From Octopus sinensis (taxonomy: Eukaryota), in the NCBI RefSeq assembly GCF_006345805.1, contig NW_021824849.1, positions 1,698 through 65,697 of the forward strand: a DNA stretch of 64,000 bases. Reading direction: 5' to 3'. The notes under the pieces were generated by a model that saw nothing but the letters and a program-made list of their open reading frames with translations, was not told the DNA's origin and ran no database searches. How positions within the stretch are numbered: the stretch's first letter is position 1; every line of letters begins with the position of its first letter. Below are positions 26,140 to 38,806 of the stretch, piece by piece. Position numbers and translations under genes: made by a program.

Positions 26140-26330
26140 GGGGACATCTGGGAAATTCAAAGGAAGAAGCCAGGAAGACATAGAGAGAAGATACTCGATA
26201 GCCTTCCCATCTAGTTTCAGAAAGATTGGCCTCTTAACGTACTAAGTTGTGTGGGATACATGATGGCAGGGATGTCCATGAGTGCTGACGCCTATAGGCA
26301 TGGCACGTGAAGAAACAAAGAGAGAATGCT
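26140..26330 (+). pseudogene. RTE-clade LINE 3' end fragment
   Basis: Translation KPGRHREKILDSL...MSADAYRHGT* resembles the RTE C-terminus GR.R...LD.L...MIA....HGT*. Confidence 0.5.
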
Positions 26331-26544
26331 GAATAAGATTTCAGAGATTGTTTAAAGATCTTGAAAATATTCAGGAATCTAACTGGATTCTTTGTCTATT
26401 TTATGATGAAATAGACTGTGCTAAAAGCTACCGGTGGTTAGGAGGTTAGGGTGCTCAGTGGATCCCTAGACGTGCGTGATGGGAACTCCGTAGCCGTAGG
26501 CGGGTGGACGGGACACGTGGAACCAAGTGTGAATCACAGCCATG

Positions 26545-26552
26545 GAGAGAGA

Positions 26553-26586
<34 letters not shown>

Positions 26587-26690
26587 GAGAGAGAGGAAGA
26601 GAGAGAGAGGAAGAGAGAGAGGAAGAGAGAGAGAGGAAGAGAGAGAGGAAGAGAGAGAGAAAGAGGAAGAGAGAGAGAGGAAGAGAGAGG
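26545..26690. repeat. (GA)n/(GAGAGGAA)n purine repeat
   Basis: Direct reading. Confidence 0.95.
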
Positions 26691-27473
26691 AAACCTTACG
26701 TGCCACCTGAAATAAAAAATACAGGTAGTGAGACTAATCCATTAGAGGAATTTATTGAAATATTCCTGGATCTTGAGAGAAATGCATGGCTCAAACAAAT
26801 ATAACTTCCTTTGTAAATTGAATTACAATGAACGTAAACAAACAAACCAAGTTTGCTTTAGAAGCGTTGAAATGTCTTAGAAAGTGAAAGAAGTGATTTT
26901 AAATTCTCAAACGCAGGATAATGCTAATAATATAGCCTGAACAGGATGAGCTACCCCTATTTTGCAGAAAAAAGGGTTAGGGGCTGGCTAGAATTGAAGA
27001 GATTGAAGAGATTGAAAATTAGCAGCCAAACAGAAAGGGTCCGAATTTTTTTTTTTGATTACAAGACTTCTGGAAAATTTAGCTTATATGGCACTCTTGT
27101 AATTTTGATGTGATTGTTAAAAATGTTGTGTTCTGCTATGTTTACAGTCATAAAATTAATGGACTATCATTTTTCATTAGTGATAAAATACGATCTACAA
27201 GCTTTTAAAGTAATAAATATTGTGAGAAAATAAAGGAAGATAACATTTTTCGAAATAAGACTTATATCATTCGCTTTTGGTACTTTCGTATGGTAAATTA
27301 TCTCCCTTCGATTTCTTATAATACATAATGTTATGTGAAACATTCATATGCTGCATACATCGCTGGTGAAGATAAGTTATTCACTAATATTTCTAACTTG
27401 CCACAACATTTTTATTTCTTAAAATTGATTATTATTACAAATATATTGAATGTATGAATGTACAAGTTGCACA

Positions 27474-27735
27474 GTGGAGGCGCGTGGCTTAGTGGTTAGG
27501 GTGTCAGCACCATGATCGTAAAATTGAGGTTTCGATTCCTGGACCGGGCGATGCGTTATGTTCTTGAGCAAAACACTTCATTTCACGTTGCTCCAGTCCA
27601 CTCAGCTAGCAAAAATGAGTAACGCTGCGATGGACTGGCGTCCCGTCCAGCTGGGGTGCACATACGCTATAGAAACCGGGAAACCGGGCCCATGAGCCTG
27701 GCTAGGCTTTAATAAAAGGGGCGCATTTATTTATT
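27474..27735 (+). mobile_element. tRNA-derived SINE family D with V-domain-like core
   Basis: tRNA head plus ctgcgatggactggcgtcccgtccag (recalled as V-SINE-like); second copy at 40008-40262 on minus strand. Confidence 0.8.
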
Positions 27736-28179
27736 ATTACAAGTTGCACAAGTACTCTTCGAGATTTATTCCCCAAAACTCCGAGGTAACCAGACTATTT
27801 TAGTGAGTGCGTGATTGGGTGGAGACGATAAAGGTACTGTAAGTCTACGGTAGCTTTCATACATAGTGACTGAAAGCCTGTTCCAAATAAGACTAACTTG
27901 AGGCTAAACAACAAAATCAGCAACTACCTAACTTCACATACGTATACAAGGTTAAATAAATACATGAACATGTGAGTATACCTACCCTCTTCTGTATTGT
28001 AAGAAAGTTTGGAGTAAGGTATTAAGAGATAAACACTGTAGTAACAAGATTAGTAAACGGTATGATAAGATGAAATTCGATAATGTTAAAGTATGTATAT
28101 GCCACACCCAATAAGTAAAATAGCCAGTAGGGGACGGAAAATCCGTACTAGCAATTAATTTCACTATCAAGGTCGTAAG

Positions 28180-28860
28180 GAAAACGGCGAGCTGGCAAAT
28201 TTGTTAACATGTCGGGTGAAATGCTTAGAAACGTTAGCACGCCGGGAGAAATGCTTATTAGTATTTCGTCTGCCGTAAGGCCGCGAGCTGGAAGAAACGT
28301 TAGCACGTCGGACGAATTGCGTAGCCGTATTTCGTCTGCCGTTACGTTCTAAGTTCAAATTCCGCCGCGGTCGACTTTGCCTTTCATCCTTTCGGGATCG
28401 ATAAATTAAGCACCAGTTACGCACTGGGGTCGATGTAATCGACTTAATACCTATTTCTGTCCTTATTTGTCCCCTCTATGTTTAGCCCCTTGTGGGTAAT
28501 AAAGACATAGGTATTTCGTCTGCCGTTACGTTCTGAGTTCAAATTCCGCCGAGGTCGACTTTGCCTTTCATCCTTTCGGGGTCGATAGATTATGTACCTT
28601 TTACGCACTGGGGTCGATATAATTGACTTAATCCGTCTGTCTGTCCTTGTTTATCTCCTCTGTGTTTAGCCCCTTGAGGGTAGTAAAGAAATTGGTATTT
28701 CGGCCATCTTTACGTTCTGAGTTTTAATTCCGCTGAGATCAACTTTACCTTTAAATCCTTTCGGGGCTTGATAAAATAAGTACCAGTTGAACACTGGGGT
28801 CAATTTAATCGACTTAGCCCCTGCTCCAAACCTGCTGGCCTTGTACCAAAAATTTTAATC
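28180..28860 (+). mobile_element. Nested/multimeric family B SINE cluster
   Basis: Monomer 28277-28510 inserted in another copy with 16-bp TSD gtatttcgtctgccgt (28261-28276, 28511-28526); further junction near 28693. Confidence 0.88.
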
Positions 28861-29529
28861 CAGTATTAAAGTCGTAAGGAGAACAGGTAGGTAGTGAACC
28901 GGGAGTGTTACTACATCATCGGATAAAAATGTGTTGTGGTACCTATTCCGGATCTCTGCGCACTGAGTTCAAATCCTGCCAAGATCATCTTTGCTTTTTA
29001 TCCTTCTACGGTCGATAGATATAATACAAGTCGAATACTAAATTCACTTCTTTCCCACACCCTCTCACTCACTGTCACCCCCGTCCTTTTTCTCTCACCG
29101 TTAAAATGTAGTTCTTGAAAAAGTGTTATATATCTAAGGCCAGTGCCCCCGAGCGAGAAGAAGTCTGTTGGACTAGAACAAGTGTAGATTTGAGGGCGGT
29201 TTAAAAGATAAGTTATAGCAGAGTAAAAATGGCGGTGATTAGGAGAGGTCATAAAAACTATTAAGAGAAAAAGGAGATAAAAGATAAATGAATCGGCCGT
29301 AGGGTGAAAGAAAATTCAAAACAGATAATAAAGTTTTACGGAGATGTACTTGCATAGCAAGTGATTTGATCTGAGATCGTGTGCTGAAACGAAAACAATT
29401 GCAGCGTGGAAGGTGTTTGTAAGATAATAAAGTAAAAAGTAAAAATGCAAATGAAAACACAAAGAAATACAATAATACAATAACAATATACGAGTCGATT
29501 CAGAGAAGGGTCGGGGTATTAGAATTCCT

Positions 29530-30288
29530 ATAGGTGCAGGAGTGGCTGTGTGAAGAGGATTAATGCCTCATTCAGTATTTTTTTTAAAAAAAGAACAATG
29601 TTTTAGAGAAGCAAAAGTCGGCGAACGCTTTTCGTCTTCTCCCATCCTCATAATCCTCGTATCATTATCATTCATCTCATTAATGTCCGAGTCCAGCCCG
29701 CAAGCTACCTTACTCTATGTACTGCCTTTATGGCAAATTTGATAAAATAAGAGTAGATTGCTTACGAACCACATGGTTCCGGGTTCAGTCCCACTGCGTA
29801 GCACCTTGGGCAAGTGTTTTTTACTATAGCCTCGGACCGACCAAAACCTTGTGAGTGGATTTGGTAGATAGAAACTGAGAGAAGCCCGCCGTATATATGC
29901 ATAAATGTGTGTGTGTGTGTGTGTGTGTATGTTTGTGTGTCTGTGTTTGTCCTCCCAATATCACTTGACAACCGATGCTGGTGTGTTTACGTCCCTTTTA
30001 CTCTCTTACTTGTTTCAGCCATTTGACTGTGGCCATGCTGGAGCACCGCCGTTAGTCGAGCAAATCGACACCAGGACTTATTCTTTGTAAGCCTAGTACT
30101 TATTCTATCGCTTGACAACCGATGCTGGTGTGCTTACGTCTCCGTCACTTAGCGGTTCGGCAAAAGGGACCGATAGAATAAGTACTAGGCTTACAAAGAA
30201 TAAGTCCTGGGGGTCGATTTGCTCGACTAACGGCGGTGCTCCAGCATGGCCACAGTCAAATGACTGAAACAAGTAAAAGAGTAAAAAG
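29530..30288 (+). mobile_element. SINE family A, rearranged (about 200-bp insert in head, inverted tail duplication)
   Basis: Head at 29530-29552 resumes near 29755; inverted tail copy at 29996-30110. Confidence 0.85.
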
Positions 30289-30591
30289 AGACGAGAAATT
30301 AGACAAGAAAGAAAATAGACGAGGAAGAAGAAGAAGAAGAAGAAGAAGAAAGAAAAAAGGAACCAATGATAAATAAGGAGGATGAGGAGGAAAATATACG
30401 GGGGAAGAAGAGGGTGAGGAGAACAGAGAAGCAAATGACGAGGAAGAAGAAGAAGAAGAAGAGGGTGAAGGGGTGTAGAATGCAAAATAAACGAAGCAGC
30501 TAAGTTTCCTTCCACTTATAAACTCCCCCCCCCCACCTACATCGTCTCAAACTGTTTAGAAAAGATATAAGAAGTGGGTAGGATAAGAAAG

Positions 30592-30635
<44 letters not shown>

Positions 30636-30826
30636 GGGGAGAGAGAGAAGCATCGTGGGAGTGGAAAGAATGATGCAAAGAAGGAGGGAGTAAGAGAGTA
30701 CTATAGCGAGTGAGTGAATGAGTGAGTGAGTGAGTAAGGAGAGAGAGAGAGAGAGAATGAGAGGTGCGGTATGTAATCACTGAATAACTGTTGCTTGACT
30801 TCACTCACTTACTCACCAACACCACC

Positions 30827-30862
<36 letters not shown>

Positions 30863-31106
30863 GTTGCTGCCACTGCTGCTGCTGCTGCTACGACTATGGC
30901 GACGACGACGGCGGCTACTACTACTACTACTAGTTCTGCTAGAAATAACAGTCAAATCTTCCCTTATATCACGCTCTGTCAATGGAGAAAGCGTGTATAG
31001 CAACATTGGATATATACTATTATTGAAAGAAGTGGTCTACTCGATCAGGACTGACTAGGACACCAACACCAACATCAACTACTACTACTACTATTACTAC
31101 TACTAT

Positions 31107-31139
<33 letters not shown>

Positions 31140-32318
31140 GACTACTACCGTTATCGCTTCTACTAGTATAAGGCGATGACGGCTACTTGTAGTTAAGAGA
31201 GCCTTGAAGTGGTCTCTCATCCCGCTAGAAATAGTAGCCCAAAATCTCCCTTATAATACGGTCTGTCGAGAGAGAGAGAGAGAAAATGGGAGAGGGATAT
31301 TGGATGATTTAGTCCAAGATACACTATGCATGAAAGAAAAAGGAGAAAAAAGAAAGAAAACGAGCGAACGGGATAGTCGAGGCTAGAGCGCCTTTGATCA
31401 GTGGCTTTTTCTTAATTTCGATTAGGGCTGAACGCAAGGGAAACATCGCCTCCACCACCACCGCAAATCATAGTACCACCACCACCACCAGCAACAACAA
31501 CAGGAACACTACTACTGTTACTACTACCCCAACCTGCTATTATGTTGCCGGATGACAACTTCCACTAACATTCTTTAAGACTGGTCCCACACATACAAAG
31601 TTGGTTTACACATACATACACAGAGACAGGGAATACATAGTCACATATATATATATGAATATATTTATATACATAGATACACACTTCATGGCACATACAT
31701 CAACGTAAGCCGGAAAAATCTTACACACACATTTTTACACACGCATTGAGACACACACTGTTTTAAGTTTCTTTAAAACAAACTATCACCATGCGGACGT
31801 ATATATATCAGGTCTGACAATACATATATATTTTTTTTTTTTGTGTGAACTTCTAAATGAGAAGAATGTAAACGAAGGATGTCTACAAATAATAACAACA
31901 ATATTGACGATATACAAAGTTTTTCTCATCGTCGCTATTGTTATTATTTTTTTCCTCCTGTGTTTTCTGCTCCTACGACAAGAAAGCGCGTCCTGAACAC
32001 ACAAAGTTTTATCGATATTCAAGGATTATAAAAGAAAATATCGCTGATTCCCTAATTGATGTTACCGTGGAAATAGGTTTAAAAATTTTTTTAAAACTTC
32101 ATTAGGATATTTCACGCTTATAATAATATATAATAATATATTTAAATAAATGCACACAAACAAACACATATATATATATTTATAGGCATACACATGTAAT
32201 ATATTCATATATATTTATATTTTATGTATGTACATATTTGATTGAAGGCCTTGCATCTATATAAGCGTGTTTGTGTGTATGTATATATGTATGTGTGTGT
32301 ATAATTGAACGTATGATT

Positions 32319-32358
<40 letters not shown>

Positions 32359-33322
32359 TACATAATTATATTATGCATGTATTCTAGATTAATGAGTGTG
32401 AACTTGACGATGTAAAAATTAGTTTCTGATTGAAATATTTACGCATACACACACATTCATACACATATACAGACAGACATATATACATCCATACGTACCC
32501 ACGTATATGCATACACACATACATACATAACACATGAAATTTTATATAAGTCTGCGTCCACGCCTGAGTATGTATATATATATATATTTAATATGATATA
32601 ATATAATGCATATTATAGATAATATACATACTTGCTTATGTTAGCACATTGACAAAATGGAATTTCTTGTGATTCACTTTACCATATTGGAGGGAATACT
32701 TTAACCAAACTCTGAAGAAATCAATAACCAAAATATTTATTGGATGTGTACAACACGTGGAATTTTACACTGCTTATCAACAAAAATAGGGGAATTATGA
32801 CGTAAGTATGAAGAAGATACCTTTTTTATTATTTTACTTTCTATCCTATTTTTCTTTTGTTTTCATTTATGTACCTATTTACATAATCCTGACAGAGTAC
32901 GGGGAGCTTGCTTCTCAGCCATGCGGTTCTTGGTTCAATTCCACTGCTCGGCATTTCGGGCAAGTGTCGTCGCGGCTGTAGATAACCTTGGGCCTTGTGA
33001 GTGGATTTGGTCGGCGAAAACTGAAAGAAGCCCATCGTGTATTTATGTGCGTGTATGTATTTTTGTTTGTCCCTACCCACCACCACCAACGCTTGACAAC
33101 CGGGGCTGGCTTGTTTACGTTCCTGTATCAGAAGCGGTCCAGCAATAGAGGTAATATTTCGGTATTAGTATATGACGTCAGTCATGGTTGAGTGTGTGTG
33201 TTTGACTGTTAAGTACTGTCGAGTAGAGAAAATGAGAAAAACACGTTACACACACACACACATGATGTCAAATACTTTTTCCGAAAGATTGCCGCGCGAA
33301 AGAGACCGATTGACTCAATAAT

Positions 33323-33760
33323 CTTTTACTCTTTTACTTGTTTCAGTCATTTGACTGTGGCCATGCTGCAGCACTGCCTTTAGTCGAGCAAATCGACCCC
33401 AGGACTTATTCTTTGTAAGCCTAGTACTTATTCTATCGGTGTCTTTTGCCGAACCGCTAAGTTACGAGGACGTAAACACGCCAGCATCGGTTGTCAAGCG
33501 ATGTTGGGAGAACAAACACACAAACACACACACATATATATATATATATAGATAAATAGATAGATAGATATAGATATAGATATATGCATATATACGACGA
33601 GCTTCTTTCAGTTTCCGTCTGCCAAATCCACTCACAAGGCTTTGGTCGGCCCGAGGCTATAGTAGAAGACACTTGCCCAAGGTGCCACGCAGTGGGACTG
33701 AACCTGGAACCATGAGGTTGGTAAGCAAACTACTTACCACACAGCCACTCCCACGCCTAT
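33323..33760 (-). mobile_element. SINE family A, full length
   Basis: Reverse complement of the 20275-20708 structure. Confidence 0.92.
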
Positions 33761-34129
33761 AGAAACACATTTAAAAAAAAAAAAAAATCATGGGGTTGAT
33801 TTGTTCGACAAAACCCTTTAAGGTGGTGTCCCATTATGGCCGCTTGCCATTGACTTTGAAAGAAGGAAAAGATTTTTTTTATTTATGAGTAAATTTCGTG
33901 GAAAAATTCTCACTCCCCCACTTTTTTCTTTTTAGCGGCGTCGACCTTGTTTATTGTTGTTGAGGTTGTTGCTGCTTTTGTCATCGCTGTTGTTGTTGTT
34001 GTTATTTTTGTTGTCATCGTTGTTGTTGATGATGTTGCCACTGTTGTCATCGCTGCTGCTGCTGTTCCTATCTGTGTTCTTGTTTTGACATTCTTAATGG
34101 CTCGATGTTTTAGCCTAGCTATATCTGTT

Positions 34130-34384
34130 TACACACGCACGAGCACACACACATACACACACATACAGAAACACATGAACACATGCACACACATACATAC
34201 ACACACACAGAAACACATGAACGCATACTCACATACATACTCACACTCACACACACATACACACACACACACACACATACACACAGACATACACACACAT
34301 ACACACACAGATACAGAAACACATGAACACATACTCACATACATACACACACTCACACATACATACACACACTCACACACACAT

Positions 34385-34415
<31 letters not shown>

Positions 34416-34720
34416 GACACACACAAACACACACACACAGAAACACACGAACACATACATACACACACGCAGAGAAACACACGAACATATACTCACACAC
34501 ATACAACCAGATACACACACACACACAGAGAAACATATACACAGAAAACACACACACCACACACACACACACACATATATATAAGTACAGACACATGATG
34601 TGTACGTGTGCATATATGTACATATATCTCCCTCTCTCTTTCTCTCTCTCACACACACACACGCGCGCAAACACGCATTCACAAACACACACACACATAC
34701 ACACACGCATGTACAAACAC
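34130..34720. repeat. Complex (CA)n-derived satellite
   Basis: Degenerate acac repeats with recurring acagaaacacatgaac units; source of the T/H and C/V ORFs. Confidence 0.9.
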
Positions 34721-34737
34721 ATTATGGATTAATATCT

Positions 34738-34935
34738 TTTTCTTTTACTTCAGTCATTAGATTGCGGCCATGCTGGGGCAGCGCCTTGGAGAATTTTTAG
34801 TCGAATGAATCGACCCTGGTGCATATATTTTGTTCAGCATGGTACTTATTATATCGGTTTCTCTTGCCAATCCGATAAGTTATAGGGACGTAAACACACC
34901 AACGCCGGTTGGCAAGCGGGGTGGGGCATAGATAC
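34738..34935 (-). mobile_element. SINE family A, 3' half
   Basis: ttttacttcagtcattagattgcggccatgctgg tail complement. Confidence 0.75.
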
Positions 34936-34945
34936 ACACACACAC

Positions 34946-35009
<64 letters not shown>

Positions 35010-35039
35010 TAAAAATATATATAAAACTACAAAATGGGT

Positions 35040-35290
35040 CAAGAACGCAAAACATTCAAATAGACGACAAAAAACACGGACGGGTCATTCGAAGCCTCTA
35101 ATCTTCAGTAAAGAACCGATCATCCTCGCAATTTCGGCTGATTAATCTTGAGATCGCTCCGATCCGGCCAGCCCCAAGGAAAAACTAAGCTACGAGCATT
35201 AGATTTCTTGGGAAAAGGATCGAATGTATACGAAACAAGGACAGAAAAACGGACGATGCCTCACGAATATAAATACAGAAAACAATAATA
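35040..35290 (-). mobile_element. Penelope-like terminal repeat (PLE-c)
   Basis: Homologous to 18490-18665; minus-strand CTGAAGA motif. Confidence 0.5.
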
Positions 35291-35505
35291 GTAATAACAG
35301 GACACGATAGGCATCATTTAGTTTCCGTCTACCAAATTCAATCTCAAGGATTTGGTCGACCCGAGGAACTAGTAGAAGACACTTGACCAAGGTGCCGGGA
35401 CTGAACCCGGAACCAGAGTAAGCACAACCAAATCTCAACCAAAACTGTCTTTCGAACAGGAACGTGAAACTCTGAGTAACAGTCTTTGCAGCTTTATTAA
35501 TAAAG

Positions 35506-35543
<38 letters not shown>

Positions 35544-35548
35544 GATAT

Positions 35549-35602
<54 letters not shown>

Positions 35603-35689
35603 GGTTACTGGTGTTGGTTTGTTTATGTTCTCGTCGTAAATTATTCTATCGATCTCTAACCAAACCGCTAATTTACGGTCGTATATTTG

Positions 35690-35905
35690 TATATGTATGT
35701 GTGTGTGTGTGTGTGTTTGTCCCCCCAACATCGCTTCACAACCGATGCTGGTGTGTTTACGTCTCCGTTACTTAGCGGTTCGGCAAAAGCGACCGATAGA
35801 ATAAGTACTAGGCTTACAAAGACTAAGTTGCGGAATCGATTTGCTCGACTAAAGGCGGTGCTCCAGCATGGCCGCAGGCAAATGACTGAAACAAGTAAAA
35901 GAGAG
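35690..35905 (+). mobile_element. SINE family A, 3' half
   Basis: ccccaacatcgc...ctcgactaaaggcggtgctccagcatggccgc...gactgaaacaagtaaaagag. Confidence 0.8.
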
Positions 35906-36193
35906 TATGTATTTATATGTGTGCGTATATGTATGTATGTTTACGTATTTCTGTGTCATTCCTTATACATAATACACATGCCAAAATTGTTGCTATGTAG
36001 GAAGGGCAGAAAACAATGCATATTCTAAATATACATACATATACTCACAGTTTCACAATGAGGTGAATAAAATCAAAATAAGCAACAGGATATTTTGATT
36101 TTATTCACCATATTTTGAAACTGTACGGATAATTCCGCACTAATTTTTGGTGCCTCACCTTAGGCACCTAATTCGTCTGATTCTCAGTTATTT

Positions 36194-36878
36194 GGTATTC
36201 TTTCGATATAACTCGACAAAATCAAAACATTTCACTTCTGGTATTTCCGTGGAAGCAAATGACAGTTCGACTCTGTTTTCTGCTTGGAAATTTGCGGATT
36301 TTACATGATGGAAGCACTCCGTCGGTTCCGACGACGAGGGTTCCGGTTGATCCGAATCAACGGAACAGCCTGTTCGTGAAATTAACGTGTAAGTGGCTGA
36401 GCACTCCACAGACACGTGTATCCTTAACGTAGTTCTCGGGGATATTCAGCGTGACACAGAGAGTGACAAGGCCGGCCCTTTGAAATACAGGTACAACAGA
36501 AACAGGAAGTAAGAGAGAGAGAGAGAGAGTTGTGGTGAAAGAGTACAGCAGGGACCACCACCATCCCCTGCCGGAGCCTCGTGGAGCTTTTTAGGTGTTT
36601 TCGCTCAATAAACACCCACAACGCCCGGTCTGGGAATCGAAACCGCGATCCTACGACCGCGAGTCCGCTGCCCTAACCACTGGGCCACTGGGCCATTGCG
36701 CCTCCACGGATTTTACATACATATATGAAACAGATAAGAACAAATATGCAAGGCTTTTTTTCTCCAAGTTTAAAATGAGACATTGCCGGCATAATCTCGT
36801 TATATCTATACTCCACAACCCACGGAAATACCCCAAGTGAAATGTTTTGGTTTTGTCGAGTTATATCGAAGGAATGCC
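36194..36878. mobile_element. MITE with about 65-bp TIRs and 8-bp (or 9-bp) TSD, containing a SINE
   Basis: TIRs ggtattctttcgatataactcgacaaaa... and ...ttttgtcgagttatatcgaaggaatgcc; TSD agttattt at 36186-36193 and 36879-36886. Confidence 0.85.
36307..36706 (-). mobile_element. SINE family C, full length, 400 bp
   Basis: 12-bp TSD cggattttacat at 36295-36306 and 36707-36718; tRNA-Arg-like head with a short tandem duplication. Confidence 0.9.
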
Positions 36879-36984
36879 AGTTATTTTACATATGCACACT
36901 CAAATGCAACTTCCCCACACATACACACATATAGGCACGCGTCTATACACATAGATACATAGCCACAGCATTACACAAACACAT

Positions 36985-37740
36985 GTGAAGGCGCATGGCT
37001 CAGTGGTTAGAGCGTCGGGCTCCCAATCATGAGGTAGTGAGTTCGATTCCTGGACAGGGCTGTGTGTTGTGTTCTTGAGCAAGACACTTTATTCCATTTT
37101 GCTCCAGTTCACTGAGCTGTAGAAATGAGTTGCGATGTCACTGGTGTCAAGCTGTATCAGCCTTTGCCTTTCCCTTGGATAACATCAATGGTGTTAAGAG
37201 GGGTGGCGAGATGGTAGAATCGTTAGTGTGCCGGGCGAAATCCTTAACGTCATTTCGTCTGTCTTTACGTTCTGAGTTCAAATTCCACCGAGGTCGATTT
37301 TGTCTTTCATCCTTTCAGAGTCGATAAATTAAATACCTATTTCTTTATTACCCACAAGGGGCTAAAAATAGAGGGGACAAACAAGGACAGACATAGGTAT
37401 TAAGTCGATTACATCGACCCCAGTGCGTAACTGGTACTTAATTTATCGACCCCGAAAGGATGAAAGGCAAAGTCGACCTCGGCGGAATTTGAACTCAGAA
37501 CGTAACTGCAGACGAAATACCGCTATGCACTTCACCCGGCGTGCTAACGTTTCAGCCAGCTCGCCGCCTTCGATAAATTAAATACCAGTGACGCACTGGC
37601 ATCGATGTAGTCGACTAGGCCCTTCCCCCAAATTTCAGGCCTTGTGCCTATTGTAGAAAGGTGTTAAGAGGGGTGGCTGATATGCATGGGCGACTGCTGG
37701 TCTTCCATAAACAACCTTGCCCCAACTTGTGCTTCTGGGC
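36985..37740 (+). mobile_element. tRNA-derived SINE interrupted by two nested family B SINEs
   Basis: Outer TSD ggtgttaagaggggtggc (37190-37207, 37660-37677); inner TSD tcgataaattaaatacc (37321-37337, 37570-37586). Confidence 0.88.
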
Positions 37741-38432
37741 CCCATCGTTATTTGTTTTTTAGTGGTTGTTAGCTTCACGTGACCCTACACCTAATCCAGC
37801 AATCCTAAGACCAAGATCATAGACGTTCCAGCTTTGACCATTCCATCTCCGGTTTCTTTTTTATCAGTTATCCTGCATTAAGATAATACCATTATTATAT
37901 AGGGCACTTTGTCGAACCGCTACGTTACGGCGGTGTAAACAAACCAACTCCAGTTGTCAATTGATGGAGGGGCAAACACAAAAACACGTACACGCGTTGT
38001 TGTTGTTGCTGCTGCTGCTGCTTTTGTTATTCAGCCTCGAAGTCAAGCTGTGACCAAGCAGACCTGTTATAATCAAAGGCTCAAAGGCATTGCAATTGTG
38101 ACTACCATCTTTTTTTATTTTCTCTGAAGGAGAAGATATGAATCGAGTGTGGTTTAGCTACCATTTCTAGTAAGTTTAAACATACTGCATATAGACCCTC
38201 TCACATCACTTCATTTGTTAGGTGAATATGCATATCTGGCTCTCTTCTCGAATTTCATCTCTAGTTTCACAACAGAGGGGCGATACCTGTAAACATGTTT
38301 TTGTTGTTGAATCTAAGGTCAAGGCTGATCCTCTAGTCTGCTGACTCACAGAAATAGTCGGTGTTACTGTTTAGCCCCGGGTCAGAATGATTTAGTTACT
38401 AGTTCTAGTAAGTTTAACACACCACATATACA

Positions 38433-38806
38433 TTTCTTTATTGCCCACAGGTGGCTAAACACAGAGGGAACAAACAAGGACAGACAAAGGGATTAAGTCG
38501 ATTACATCGATCACGAAAGGATGAAAGGCAAAGTCGACCTCGGCGGAATTTGAACTCAGAACGTAACGACAGACGAAATACCTATTTCTTTACTATCCAC
38601 AAGGGGCTAAACACAGAAAGGACACACAAGGACAGACACACGGTTAAGTCGATTATATCGACCCCAGTGCGTAACTGGTACTTATTTAATCGATCCAGGA
38701 AGGATGAAAGGCAAAGTCGACCTCGGCGGAATTTGAACTCATAACGTAGCGGCAGACGAAATATGGCTACGCATTTCGCCGGGCGTGCTAACGATTCTGC
38801 CAGCTC
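38433..38806 (-). mobile_element. Family B SINE dimer
   Basis: Junction gacgaaatacc|tatttctttact at 38582/38583. Confidence 0.88.

Noticed and set aside
29222-29260. YY1-like aaaatggcgg motif
   Set aside because: Isolated motif; the ATG opens only 11 codons and there is no other promoter evidence
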